From the human T2T-CHM13v2.0 reference genome, Homo sapiens, in NCBI RefSeq assembly GCF_009914755.1, contig NC_060933.1: a stretch of 64,000 bases of DNA, one strand, 5' to 3'. Both the position numbers and the translations under genes were made by a program. Shown here piece by piece: positions 1 to 19,171 of the stretch (position 1 is its first letter; every line of letters starts with the position of its first letter). The notes beneath the pieces are model-generated. The model ran no database searches and was not told where the DNA came from. It worked only from the letters and a program-made list of their open reading frames with translations.

Positions 1-266
1 TCTTGTCACCAAGGCTGGAGTGCAGTTGCATGATCTTGGCTCACTGCAACCTCCACCTCCCGGGTTCAAGCAATTCTCTGCCTTAGCCTCCTGAGTAGCT
101 GGGATTACAGGCGCCCGCCACCACACCTGGCTGATTTTTGTACTTTAGTAGAGATGTGGTTTCGCCATGTTGGCCAGGCTGGTCTCGAACTCCTGACCTC
201 AGGTGATCTGCCCACCTCGGTCTCCCAAAGTGCTGAGGTTACAGGCGTGAGCCACCGTGCCCGGCC
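1..266 (-). mobile_element. AluS element, cut by window edge
   Basis: Reverse-complement Alu body ending ...gagccaccgtgcccggcc. Confidence 0.95.
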
Positions 267-742
267 ATGAGCTCATATTTTTAAAAAACATACAAAGAGA
301 TGGAATGGCTGTATAATTAAGCATGAGCATAAAATACTATCACATGTCTCAGCTGTAAAAATGGAATATTAATAATACCTAGCTCTTAAAGTTGTTGCAC
401 AAAATGAACTAACAGATATGAAACTGTGCTATAAATTACACTATACCATGAAATTGTTAGTTGCAAAATTGTTGCAAATACACTCCGAAACAGCATAAAT
501 TGAAAAATACCAAGTACAGAAAGTGTTGAATATGTGTGTATATGTGAGGGGTGATGATGATGGTTTTGCCATATTCAGTATAAACAGAATAGCTACCACT
601 TGGTACAGATGGCATTCCTATAATGGGAACAAATGACAGAGCTCTAAAAGCTGGTCCTTACCACAGTGTGAAGCATCTTCATGTATCAAGGATAGCATAA
701 AATTATCATGAATTATACACAAATTATTTTCTAAAAACAATC

Positions 743-1043
743 TTTTTTTTTTTTTTTTTTTTGAGACATAGTCTCGCCCTGTTGCCCAGGCTTGAGTGCA
801 GCAGTGCAATCTCAGCTCATAGCAAGCTCCACCTCCAGGATTCAAGCAATTCTCCTGCCTCAGCCTCCGAGTAGCTGGGATTACAGGCACCTGCCACCAA
901 ACCCAACTAGTTTTTGTATTTTTAGTAGAGACAGGTTTTTACCATGTTGGCCAGGCTGGTCTAGCACTCCTGACCTCAAGTCATCCACCTACCTCGACCT
1001 CCCAGCGTGCTGGGATTACAAGCATGAGCCACCACACCAGGCC
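743..1043 (-). mobile_element. AluS element with TSD
   Basis: T-tail, full dimer; TSD aaaacaatcttttt at 734-747 and 1044-1057. Confidence 0.95.
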
Positions 1044-1093
1044 AAAACAATCTTTTTGTCTTATTCCAACATGTTACTGAAGTTAAATTACAA

Positions 1094-1755
1094 GGCCAGG
1101 CATGGTGGCTCACACCTGTAATCTCATGCCTGTAATCCCAAGGTAGGAGGAACACTTGAGGCCAAGAGTTCAAGACTAGCTTGGGCAATATCTGATATGG
1201 TTTGGCTGTGTCCCTACCCAAATCGCATCTTGAATTGTAGCTTCCATAATTCCCATGTGTTGTGGGAGGGACCCGGCGAGAGATAATTGGATCATGGGGG
1301 CGGTTTCCCCCATACTGTTCTCATGGTAGTGAATAAGTCTCACAAGATCTGATGGTTTTATAAGAGGAAACCCCTTTCGCTTGGTTCTCATTTTCTCTCT
1401 TGTCTGCCACCATGTAAGATGTGCTTTTCACCTTCCACCATGATTGTGAGGCCTCCTAGCTACATGGAGGTGTGAGTCCATTAAACTTCTTTTCCTTTAT
1501 ATCACCCAGTCTCAGGTGTGTCTTAATTAGCCGTGTGAAAATGGACTAATGTACTATCACAAGACTCTATCTCTATAAAAATTTTTGTAAAAAATCAGCC
1601 TGGCATGGTGTTGTGTGCCTATAGTTCTAGCTATTAGGATGGCTGAGGTGGAAGGATCACTTGAGCCCAGGAGTTCTAGGCTGCAATGAACATGACTGTG
1701 CCACTGCACTACAGCCTGGGTGACAAAATGAGACTCTAACTCAAAGAAAAAAAGT
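1094..1755 (+). mobile_element. AluJ split by a THE1 LTR
   Basis: Alu sequence 1094-1192 resumes at ~1559 (acaagactctatctct...) after the LTR. Confidence 0.88.
1193..1553 (+). mobile_element. THE1 (THE1C-like) MaLR solo LTR
   Basis: Starts tgatatggtttggctgtgtcc, ends ggactaatgta; ATTAAA signal; 5-bp TSD atatc/ctatc. Confidence 0.92.
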
Positions 1756-2246
1756 TACATGTTATAATAATAATGAAAAGAGAAATGCATAGGTACCAAA
1801 CTTCTTGTTGATCAATGTATAAAGAAACTGAATAATACCATGAGGACAGAGAGTTTAAGAAAAGGAAGCCAAAGGAGTTTTGGCATGGAGCAGCAGTGAT
1901 ACACAGCCAGAAGGCCATTTGTAAAATATTGCCCACAAGACTATAAAGACATCATTTTGCCTATCAAATACAGAAAAAGAGAGATGTTTATCTAACACAC
2001 ACAATTACACAAATTCCAGTAGTAATTCAACTGAGACATAGCACAACCTAGCAGAAAGTACTGCAGTGAAAGGGAAAAAAGGCAGGAAAAAAAAAGAACA
2101 CACAATTGCTTGATACACAGAGCAAAAGGAGTGTTGGTTAATCAGAGTAAATGTTGGCTCCGCTTGCTGTATTCTGCATTTTCTCTAGTGCACACTGGTA
2201 TAATTAGTCCATACTTATTGAGGAAACTAAGTTCTGATTAGCATGA

Positions 2247-2651
<405 letters not shown>

Positions 2652-2859
2652 ATAGTAGAGATTCTTATGCTGAGAAAAGATATAGTTACATTAAAAATTT
2701 CTTCTCTTACTCAAGTAACTGTAGTAAGAATTATATCATTCCAATATACAAAAATAACAATGAAACAGTGTTTAATAAACTGAGTATAAATGAAGAAATA
2801 AAACAGAAAAAATTGAAAAATGTAGAAAATAGCTTTTAAAAATTTATTCCTATGACTTA

Positions 2860-4010
<1,151 letters not shown>

Positions 4011-4314
4011 ATCCTATGACTCTGTTTATGCAGCAAAAAGACACTTATACAAGGTCAGGAGTTCATGACCAGCCTGGTCAATGTCATGTAAAGATAAAAA
4101 AGAAAAACAAAAATAAAAATAAAATAAATGTGTAAATAAAATGAAGAGTACAGGATTTAATCACTCTGAAAGGTTTCTTTTCCCTGTATGGTTAGTCAAA
4201 TACCCTTACATTTCACTCACAGACTGCAGGCTTCTATTCTTCCTATTCTTCCAAATGCTCTCAATTTCCCTAAGCACTCTCGTTCTCCTTTTTTTTTTTT
4301 TTAAACATAGAGTT

Positions 4315-4895
<581 letters not shown>

Positions 4896-5066
4896 ATTCT
4901 GCCTTATTTTCAGAATAGTCAGTACTTCTCTCAGTGGCAAAGAACAGATAGAATCTCCTAAGGATTTCCAGGCTTGCAGTTATGCTGGTTCCCAAATCCA
5001 AACTTGATCTAATTTAAATACAAACCCAATAAAATCTAAACTCTTATATTATTAATATAAAAAACT

Positions 5067-5352
5067 GGCCAGGGAAGGTGGCTCATGCCTGTAATCCCAA
5101 CACTTTGGGAGGCCGAGGTGGGCAGATCACCCGAAGTCAGGAGTTCGAGACCAGCCTGAGCAACATGGCGAAACCCCGTTCCTACTAAAAATACAAAATT
5201 AGCCAGGCATGGTGGTGCATGCCTGTAATCCCAGCCACTCGGGAGGCTGAGGCAGGAGAATCGCTTGAATCCAGGAGGCGGAGGTTGCAGGATCACACCA
5301 CTACACTTCAGTCTGGGCAACAAGAGTGAAACTCCATCTCAAAAAAAATAAA
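5067..5352 (+). mobile_element. AluS
   Basis: Alu dimer with A-tail. Confidence 0.93.
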
Positions 5353-5754
5353 AGATGAAAAACTAAGGACCAGTTAGTTGGTTATCTAAAAACAATACAT
5401 ACAAACAAGATGCATGGAATGACTATTTATGAAGCTAATGGGGCAGGAAATACAAAAATACACAAAATGAAAGAAAGCATCCAAAATATGAATCTGGAGA
5501 CGGATGTAAGGAAGCATGACTCAAAGCCGCCTACTCCTAACAATTCATTCAAACTGTCTCCAGTAGAGAACTCACAGAGGCAGAAAATACAATGTACTTT
5601 CATTTAAATCACCATTTATTTATTTATAACACCAAAACTCAAGAGGAAACAAGAAATGTAGGCAAAAGCCTCAATCACCAATCAGCAAGCTATTAGGTCT
5701 ATATTTCTATTTAGTCTGTAAAGAAGTGCAGGCCACATAGATGTTTCATTCTTT

Positions 5755-6342
5755 CTTTTTTTTTTTTTCTGAGACAGCTTCTCACTTACTCTGTCAGTGG
5801 CATGATCTCCCGGCTCACTGCAACCTCTGCTCCCAGGTTTAAGCAATTCTCCTGCCTCAGGCTCCCAAGTAGCTGGGATTATAGGCATGCACCACCACGT
5901 CCAGCTAATTTTTTTTTTTTTTTTTTCGAGATGGAGTTTCGCTCCTGTTGACCAGGCTGGAGTACAGTGGCACGATCTCCGCTCACAACAACCTCCGCCT
6001 CCAGGTTCAAGTGATTCTCCTGCCTCAGCCTCCCAAGTAGCTGGGATTACAGGCATGTGCCACCATGCCCGGCTAATTTTGTATTTTTAGTAGAGACAGG
6101 GTTTCACCATGTTGACCAGGCTGGTATTGAACTCCTGACCTCAAGTTTTCCAACCGCCTCGGCCTCCCAAAGTGCTGGGATTATAGGCGTGAGCCACCAC
6201 GCCTGGCCTTGTTGTATTTTTAGTAGAGATGAGGTTTCACCACGTTGGCCAGGCTGGTCTCGAACTCCTGACCTCAAGCAATCCACTCTCATCGGCCTCC
6301 CAAAGTGCTGGGATTGCAGGTGTGAGCTACCACACCCAGCCA
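5755..6342 (-). mobile_element. Nested Alus: full Alu (~5909-6208) inside the central linker of another Alu
   Basis: Right arm, complete dimer, then left arm, all on the same strand. Confidence 0.9.
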
Positions 6343-6560
6343 ACAGACATTTCCTTGTTGATCGATCATATACAAAGATGAGAGCAACAGTGGCCAACAG
6401 TCTGTGTATGTAGTATAAATACAAACAACATGAAAATCATGAGGGGACACTCGAGCAACATCTCAGCATACTCTGACAGAAGGCTGTTAGTCATCAAATG
6501 TTGGGTTAATCTGTACTAAGCAGAACAACAATAAAAATAACTCATTGAAAGATACTTATG

Positions 6561-6870
<310 letters not shown>

Positions 6871-6924
6871 GTGTGGCCTGCACTTCCAAAAAACAAAAAA
6901 AGAAAGAAAGAAAAAAGGAAACAT

Positions 6925-7475
<551 letters not shown>

Positions 7476-7659
7476 CCACTCATATGGTCATATGATGTAT
7501 TCCGTCACAATTCTGCTTTCCTACATTTCATGTTTTGTCTACAATAAAGTGGATGCATGATAGGTAAGAAAAGAATAAACTTTTCCTCAAAGGAGAAAGA
7601 AAAATTACTTTTTCTTTAAGCAGTAACTGATTGGTTATATTTGTTTTTCCTTGTAATAC

Positions 7660-8510
7660 TCTATTGTATGGATATGCCAAATTTTGTTTCTCCTTTCAAC
7701 AAGTGATGAACAGACTTTCACTTTTTGGCTACTATGAATAATACTGCTACAAATATTTGCCTACAAGATTTTGTATAGACATGTTTTCATTTCTTCTGGG
7801 GGTATACCTCCTAGTAGAATTGCTGGGTCATCTGACAACTCTATATTAACCCTGTTAGGAGCTACCAGACTATTTTCCAAAGTGAATGTACCATTTCACA
7901 CATGCAGCAATGTATGAAGTATTGTACTTCTCCACATCCTCAACAACACTTGTTATTATCTGTCTAGAGAGATTTGGATTTCCCTGATGGCTTTTCTGTG
8001 TTTATTGGGGCTTTGTATATTTCCTTTGAAGAAATGTCTACTCAGATACTTGACATTTATTTATTTATTTATTTATTTTTGAGATGGAGTCTTGCTCTGT
8101 CGCCCAGGCCGGAGTTTAGTGGTGCAATCTTGGCTCACTACAACCTCTGCCTCCTAAGTTCAAGCTATTCTCGTGCCTCGGCCTCCCAAGTAGCTGGGAT
8201 TATAGGCACCTGCCACCACGCCTGGCTAATTTTTGTATTTTTAGTAGAGACAGTGTTTCACCATGTTGGCCAGGTTGGACTCGAACTCCTGACCTCAAGT
8301 GATCCACACCCCCCCCGCCTCCCAAAGTGCTGGGATTACAGGCGTAAGCCACCGTACCCAGCCTTTGGTGTATTTTTTTAATGGGTTTTCTTTTTATTAT
8401 TTCATTTTAAGAGTTCATTACACATTCTAGATAAAAGCACCTTGTCAGATAAATGATTTGCAAATACATTATTCCTTTTTGTGAGTTGTCTTCACTTTTT
8501 TGGATTGCTT
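7660..8510 (-). mobile_element. Old L1M fragment with minus-strand Alu at 8057-8363
   Basis: agtagaattgctgggtca, ccagactattttccaaagtg, ctccacatcctcaacaacacttg L1 motifs. Confidence 0.8.
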
Positions 8511-8588
8511 ATATTTCTATTTTTCTTTTCTCATAGTTAACTTTTATTTTTGTCAAAATAATATATAAACAAAAAAAAGTCAACATTA

Positions 8589-9255
<667 letters not shown>

Positions 9256-9303
9256 AAGAAAAACCAAAAATCAAAAAACTTTCAATTCTTCTGTTTTACC
9301 TGG

Positions 9304-9534
9304 TAGTTTCCTCTATTTTCGTATATAATAAGCTTGTCTTGCAATTGCTTGATTCATCTATTTTTGATATTCATCTATTTTGATAATAGTTTCCTCTATT
9401 TTCCTATATAAGCTTTTCTTGCAATTACTTGATTCATCTATTTCTGATATTCATCTATTTTGATAATTGTTTCCTCTATTTTCCTATATAATAAGCTTTT
9501 CTTGCAATTGCTTGATTCATCTATTTTTGATATT
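9304..9534. repeat. Minisatellite, ~80-83 bp unit x ~2.8
   Basis: Units start at 9304, 9387, 9467 (t[a/t]gtttcctctattttc...gcaattgcttgattcatctatttttgatatt). Confidence 0.92.
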
Positions 9535-10899
9535 ACAGATTTTCTGCAAATGGCAAATAAGGATTTTGTTCTCTTATAGCTCCCAGAGTGCCTCCCCCCA
9601 TCATTAGTTATGTTATTGTTAATTATATCATTATTTGGGGTTATGTAAGCTAATAATTATATATCTTTGGTTAAATCAATCATTAATGCTTAAATTGTGA
9701 GCCTTTTTATTGCTTCATTATATGGCACATAATAGGATATTAAAAGGGAGAGAAGATCTGCGTATAATTGAAAAGGCTCCTCAGACATCTATAACTGGAA
9801 GTTGGTTGTACTTCTTTTAAATCCTGTTCTTTGCTTCTTAGTAAATAATTTTTCACACTTACTAGTTAAATGCTATACTGCCTAATCAAATTTCATACAG
9901 AAAGTATCTTCATATAAAAATGCCTGGTTTTTTTTTAACCTACCTTAATTAACAACTCATTAGTTCAAGAATTCCCAGTCTTTGAGTCTGTAAATGACAC
10001 TACTATCCTGTTGACACAATGACAGTTATAGAAATTACAAGATGGTGCTTAAGAAATCCCTGTTAGCATCCAAATTCATATGTATTGGCAAACACGTTGG
10101 TGACTTAAAAAAAAAAACTGGTATTTCACGGAACATGAGGAGAAGGCTGTAAGAAATAAAGACAGTTATTGACCCTCAGTTTTCATTCAGCATTTGATTA
10201 CGAAAGCAGGAATTAGACCCCAAAGTCTGTGAAGGGAATATGTGCACAACACTTAACAAAGCACATGAATTACTCCTTGAATTACAGCAATAAACAAGAT
10301 GCCATGTGAATTCTAAAAGGTACCTTGATTGTCTACATACTACCAAAAGCAGCTTAAAATCTGGGATTGTTTAACTAGAGGGAAGTTATCAAAAAAAAAG
10401 AAAACGGCCCTCAGTTCCTTGGATCCTTAGTCACTTGTAGCTGGAAGGAGGAAGAAAAAGGCAGGGGGCAGGGTACAGAAGAAATCAAGCTCCCACGCTC
10501 CAGAAACTATGCCAGGCATTTTATATACATATCATCTGCACACACCTATAAGGTAGGCACTGTCACCAGAATTTAGAGATGAAAAAACAGGCTTAAGTAA
10601 GTTATTTCTCCAGAATTACACAGTTAGAAAAAAAACCCCAAAGTCATGTTCTTCTTCCCAAAGGACCCTCATAGTATGCATCCTAAGATAAAAACACAAA
10701 TATTGTGAAATAGGGTTGTCTGATCCCGAGTTATCCCAGTATTTCAAATCCCATAGATCCTACCTTTCCTTTTCCTTAAAACATAAGTAAACGTATTTTC
10801 AGGCTTTCCCCTACCCAGTGATTAAAAATCACTCTTTGAAAAAAATATTATGAGACCCAAAAGAATCACTAAAACAATTTTTAGAAATTGATTTTGGTT

Positions 10900-11110
10900 A
10901 TCAGATCTACCTCTCAAGGAATGACTTGAATTACTAGCTATTTTACTTTGGGCATGTTTTTAACTTTTCTCAGCTTTGGGATTTCTTCAACTCCAAAACA
11001 GAGTTTATATTATTTACCCCTCATAAAGGTATTATGAAGATTCCATTAGACAATATTCATAACATTATGTCACAGAAAGTGCCCATAAACAGTCAATAAA
11101 AGGTAGTAAA
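10900..11110 (+). mobile_element. MIR
   Basis: Degenerate MIR core (actttgggcatgtttttaac...ctcataaaggtattatgaagatt). Confidence 0.6.
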
Positions 11111-11587
11111 TACTAAAGCTGATAATTTATACCATCAATCACAATCCACTGTGATATGGTTTGACTGTGTCCCCACCCAAATCTCATCTTGAATTCCCAC
11201 GTGTTGTGGGAGGGACCCAGTGGAAGGTAAATGAATCACGGGGACAAGTCATTCTCATGCTGTTCTCCTGATAGTGAATAAGTCTCATGAGACCCAATGG
11301 TTTTAAAAAGGGGAGTTCCCCTGTACAAGTTATCTCTTTGCCTGCTGCCATCCATGTAAGATGTGACTTGCTCCTCCTTGCCTTCTGTCATGATTGTGAG
11401 GCCTCCCCAGCCACATGGAACTGTAAGTCCAATTAAACCTCTTTCTTTTGTAATTGTCAAGTCTCAGGTATGTCTTTGTGAGCAGAGTGAAAATGGAATA
11501 ATACAGTAAATTGGTAACAGTGGAGTGGGGCTTGCTGAAATGTAGAAGTGACTTTGGAACTGGATAACAGGCAGAGGTTGGAACAGT

Positions 11588-13195
<1,608 letters not shown>

Positions 13196-13579
13196 CTTGT
13201 TTTTGATTTTACAGGCTCATAGGCAGAAGGGACTTGCCTTGTCTTGAATGAAACTTTGGACTTTTGAGTTAATGCTGAAATGAGTTAAGACTTTGGGGGA
13301 CTGTTGGGAAGGCATGATTGGTTTTGAAATGTGAAGACATGAGATTTGGGAAGGGCCAGGGGCAGAATAAGGTTTGGCTTCCCCACCCAAATCTCATCTT
13401 GAATTCCCATGTGTTGTGGGAGGGACCCGGATGTAACTGAATGAATGGGGGCAAGTCTTTCCTGTCCTGTTCTCATGACAGACAATAAGTCTCAAGAGAT
13501 CTGATGGTTTTAAAAAGAGGAGTTCCCCTGCACAAGCTCACTCTTTGCCTGCTGCTATCCATGTAAGATGTGACTTGCA

Positions 13580-13883
<304 letters not shown>

Positions 13884-14034
13884 GATGTGACTTGCTCCTC
13901 CTTGCCTTCTGCCATGATTTTGAGGCTTCCTCAGCCACATGGAACTGTAAGTCCAATTAAACCTCTTTCTTTTGTAAATTGCCCAGTCTCAGGTAGCCTT
14001 CATCAGCTGCATGAAAATGGAGTAATCACATGGT

Positions 14035-14420
14035 TAGTTCAATCATTCAACAAATATTGAGAGTCTTCTATGTGCCAGGTATTTTTCCAGGTGCTAGAAC
14101 ATGGCAGTGAAAAAGCAGTGAAAGAAATATCTGCTTTCACAGAGTGTACTTTCTACACTCTGTGAAAGACAAAAATAAAATGAGGATAAATATAATATTC
14201 CAAGTGGTAAGAAGTACTATGAAAAAAGTACAGCAGGAAGGGAGAATGACGGAGGGTGATACTTTCACTGGAGTAGGCGAGGTGAAGCTTGCAGAGTTCC
14301 ACTGGAGTGGAGACCTGGATGAAATGAAGGCTGGGAGATCCAGGTTCCAGGTAGAGGAACAAGTACAAAGATGCTGAGGCAGGTATGTACTTGGTGTACG
14401 GAGGAACGAGAGGGTCTGTC
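14035..14420 (-). mobile_element. L2 3' end
   Basis: tcattcaacaaatattgagagtcttctatgtgccagg is the antisense L2 terminus. Confidence 0.75.
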
Positions 14421-14477
14421 TAAAAATACAATAGTAAAAAAAATTTTTTTTAACCCAGCCCCTCACAAATTAGTTAA

Positions 14478-14814
<337 letters not shown>

Positions 14815-15549
14815 GGCTGCTGCTTTTTAAGCACTACGTAAAAGAGGCCAAGCAGAGACAACAATCCAGATGCCCATGCTCCAAGCTCATCATCCTGCCT
14901 GGGGCCAAAGCTGCTTCTTCTGACTGACCACAGAAAGGGAGCACTCTGGTTCCCCTAGAGGGGCGGCCTTTTTCTAATTTGCACAAAGGAACCATATAGG
15001 CCACCTGCAACCCCTTCAGGATTTCCCTTTCCGTAGAATGCATTGTGTCTACAATCATCAAAGCAGTGCTAATGGGCCTGTCAACTGAGAAATGAAAACA
15101 GACTCATCATGTTAAGGTAGATTCTATAATGACATTTATTAAAAAGGGGTTATAACATGAGATCACCACAACTTTTATTGTTCTTTATCTTGATAAAATT
15201 TTTTAAAAATCTAATAAGCTAAATAAGGCTATGTGATATACATACACTGGATGTGAATTCTGAAGACCCAAGTCCAGGTCCCAATTGTTCCATTTTCCCC
15301 AAAGTCACGCAGCTTACAGTTTTATCAAATTTCAGTTTCTTCATTTGTATGGAGGATAATGAGCACTAACTATCCTATCTTACTGACTACTGTGACAAAT
15401 CCTATTAAAAAGTAACCACTTTTTATTACTACCAATTAAAAAGGCAAATGTAATTACATTGTAATAAAAGTAGACTGTGTTTTTTATTAAGGAAAAATAT
15501 GTTGGGAACATCAATAGACTTTAAAAGGTTAAAAATAAAATCAAATAAC

Positions 15550-16115
15550 AGACGGGTGCGGTGGCTTATGCCTGTAATCCCAGCGCTTCGGGAGGTTGAG
15601 GTGGGCGGATCACCTGAGGTCAGGGGTTCGAGACCGGCCTTGCCAACATGGTGAAACCCCATCTCAACTAAAAATACAAAAATTAGCCTTGCGTGGTGGC
15701 GTGCACCTGTAGTCACAGCTACTCAGGAAGCTGAGGCAGGAGAATCACTTGAACCCAAAGGGCGGGGACTGCAGTGAGCCGAGAGTGCACCACTGCACTC
15801 CAGCTCTGGGTGACACAGCAAGGCTCTGTCTCAAAAAAGAAAAAAAATCAAATAACATATCAGGCTTCTACATTAAAAAAATATTGACTGGGTGCAGTGG
15901 TTCATGCCTGTAATCCCAGCACTTTGGGAAGCCAATGCAGGAGGATTACTTAAGCCCAAGAGTCCCCATCAAAAACTTAGCCAGGTGTTGTGGTGCACAC
16001 CTATAGTCTCAGCTACTCAGGAGGCTGAGGTAGGAGGATCACTTGAGCTCAGGAGGCTGAGAATGCAGTGAGCCGTGATCGCACCTGGGCAACAAAGCGA
16101 GACCTTGTCTCAAAA
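15550..16115 (+). mobile_element. AluS (15550-15847) and deleted AluJ (15886-16115)
   Basis: Alu bodies with A-tails. Confidence 0.9.
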
Positions 16116-17058
16116 TATATATGATAATTCTTTGCTGCTGAGAAAAAGTTCCATCTGAGCCACCTAGAGGGTTAAAATGTGCCATGATGATAATGATGAT
16201 ACCATAAAAACCGAGCAAGACTGCTGACTGAGGATTCCTCCCAAGAGGACCAAGTGTCAAGCTGACACATCCTCTTCTCCTGGAGGTTCATCAAGTCTTA
16301 TTCTTCTGTCAAGCCTCTACCCTTAGCAAACATAAGTAGACAGTAATTTTTTAGCCAATTTAAAAGTTATTAAACTGACTTAGTACCACCATCTCTATCA
16401 AACTTTTCTGGATCACTCCTGTCAGAAACAATTTGTTTTTTTCTGAACTCTTAAAATACTTTGCTTATATAGTTCAATTGCCGTATATCATAGTTATTTG
16501 TGTACACTCGTCATCCCCTTCCTAAATTGTAAGCTACTTGAAAGCAGTAGCTTACAATAACCTCTTACTTAAAGCACCTTATGTAAGTGCCTTGAACACT
16601 GTTTCCAGGCAACTCCAAAATATGCACTAATCAAAGGCAGTGAAACAGTTTATGTGTGCCTGCTCTATGGCTGCCACTGTTCCAGGTGCTGGAAAGAGAA
16701 CTTCAGCTACCACAGGTGGTCAGAGATAAGGAAAAGTGACTGAGGCAGGGACTTGATACTCTCCAAATGCTGGGAAACCTCATCACTGGAGGGTCTCAGA
16801 GGGAATGCTGAATAGCTGGCATTACAAAGATGAAAAAAGGTCACCATTCAATCTTCTGAGAAAGAAGACTATAATCGGATTGGCCTAGTGGTACATGTAG
16901 AATCTATAAGGATTTTGTGAAAACAAAGGAAACCCTTCAAATTCCAAAGCCTTAGCCAGACTGCTGATCTAAAAATATGCAGATTAATTATCAGGAGATT
17001 CTTAATAGATCAAAATGTAGTCTACAGAGGCAGACAGATATATTTGGGACCAGCATAG

Positions 17059-17315
17059 GGGCAAGAGTGGCGTGGGTAAGAGCACTGGTGTCAAACAGCC
17101 TGCACTCAATCCTGGTGCTGCCACTTACTATTCAAATACAGCTGCATGATTTTAGCCAAGTCACTTGACCTCTTTGTGCTTCAACTTTCCCATATGTAAG
17201 ATGGGTAGAATAATAGAAACTGTTTCCCAGGGTTATCATGAAGATTAAGTGAGAATGTATGTAAAGTGTTTAGAAGAGAGTCTGGCATACATTAAATGTT
17301 ATGTAAGTAATACTG
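17059..17315 (+). mobile_element. MIR, near full length
   Basis: gtaagagcactgg...gccacttacta...caagtcacttgacctctttgtgcttcaac...gtaaagtgtttagaa. Confidence 0.85.
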
Positions 17316-17324
17316 CCATTTAAT

Positions 17325-17424
17325 TTACCACCTAGACTAGGACAATTCTGTGAATGAAAAGGGGCACTATTAGACTTTGGAAAACCAGACTGTATCAGGC
17401 AAACTAGGACATATGGTCACCCTA
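17325..17424. mobile_element. MER81-like hAT-Blackjack fragment
   Basis: gaaaaggggcactatta...ggacatatggtcacccta terminus. Confidence 0.6.
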
Positions 17425-18119
17425 TAAATAAGTGTAAGAAGAAACAAAGGAATGTAACTAGAGAAAACAGCATTCTCTACTTCACCTCCCATAGATGCAG
17501 GTATCAAATGTTAACATCTGACTTATCTCTTCTGCTAAAGACATGTTATAGCTAAATGAGCACACTTAGTTTTTTGCTGTAAATACCACATGCCAGTAGC
17601 ATTGATTGATACATCAGTCAATATTGGCATGATGCCCTCAAGATTAGTAGCAGCCATCCAACAAATATTGAGGACATGCTAATGGTTATCAGGCAGAAAG
17701 TTGGTAAGACTTGGTCCTTGCCCTCAAGAAGCTCACCACCAGTTAAGAAAATGATTCCTGCAGGTACTAGCTAGTAAGTAGTAACTAGTCCCCAGAGGCC
17801 ATTGCTATAGCAAATATAACAAAGCCTGAAGATAACTCAGAAAATACTGGGGAAGATGAAAAAGGCGATTTGTAAAACAGACACAGTAGAAAAGAGAAAG
17901 TATTGCATTATTTTACACGGCACTTTCAAACAAATAAAGACATTCTAGAAAAATAATTAGAAAAAAGTACTTGCGGCAGATAGCTTTTGTTTGGCCCATG
18001 TAGCATCAATTTCCATTGCTTTGTAAAATTAGTGCTCTTTCATTATGTGAAATCTCATTAAAAGCAAAAAAATCCATTTGGAAGAAAACAAGAGAGAAGA
18101 GATAATGAATCAGGGAAAC

Positions 18120-18400
18120 TGGTAATTTTATGTGTGTGATAATGGCTCAAAAAGAGTCCTCATGTTTTAAATACGCATACTGAAATATTTACAGATTAAA
18201 TGATGTGATACCTAGAATTTGCTTCAAAAACTCAGGGTTAGGTGAGTGTGGATATACACAAATATATCAAATTTATAGATATAATATACGTAAAGTATAT
18301 AACTGGCCATCAATTCATGATTGTTGAAGTTAGGTGATGAGAATGTGGGGATTAATTATTCTATTTAATTTTCTGTAAATTTAAAATGTTTCATTTAAAA
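18120..18400 (+). mobile_element. Old L1M 3' end fragment
   Basis: atactgaaatatttacagat...atttgcttcaaaa...ttgttgaagttaggtgatg. Confidence 0.7.
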
Positions 18401-18438
18401 AGTTTTTGTTGATACGTCAATAGAATGGTCTCAACTGT

Positions 18439-19122
18439 TTTGTTTTGTTTTGTTTTTTTTGAGACAGGGTCTCACTGTCACCCAGGCTGGAGTGCAGTGG
18501 CACAATCACAGTTCATGACAGCCTCAAACTCCTGGGCTCAACCAATCCTTCCACCTCACCACCCCATGTAGCTGGAACTACAGATGCACACCACCATGCT
18601 GATATGGTTTGGATTTGTGTCACCACCCAAATCTCATGTCGAATTGTAATCCCCAATGTTGGAGGAGGGGCCTGATAGGAGGTGACTGGATCATGGGGGC
18701 AGATTTCCCCCTTGCTATTCTCCTGATAGTAAGTTCTCAGAAGATTTGGTTGTTTAGAAGTGTGTAGCACCTCCCCACTGTTCTCTCTTCCTCCTTCTCC
18801 AGCCATGTAAGATGTTCCTGCTTCCCCTCTGCCTTTCTCCAGGATTGTTTCCTGAGGCCTACTCAGCCATGATTCCTGTACAGGCTATAGTACTATGAGT
18901 CAACTTAACCTCTTTGCTTTATAAATTATCCAGTCTCAGGTAGTTCTTTATAGCAATGTGAAAACAAACTAATGCACACACCCACCTAATATCTTAATTT
19001 TTTGTAGAGATGGGGTCTCGCTATTTTGCCCATGCTGGTCTTGAACTCATGGGCTCAAGCAATCCTCATACCTTGGCCTCGCAAAGTTCTAGGATTACAG
19101 GCATGAACCACCATGCCTGGAT
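18439..19122 (-). mobile_element. AluJ split by an MST LTR
   Basis: Alu right arm to 18599, resumes at 18982. Confidence 0.88.
18600..18976 (+). mobile_element. MST (MSTA-like) MaLR solo LTR
   Basis: tgatatggtttggatttgtgtc...aaactaatgca; TSD catgc/cacac. Confidence 0.9.
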
Positions 19123-19171
19123 GTATTATTTTTAATTTTAAAAATAAAGTGCTTTTGAAAACTCCCTAACA

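Noticed and set aside
9304-9534. Possible CRISPR-like array
   Set aside because: Head-to-tail tandem units with no unique spacers, in primate DNA with no cas genes.
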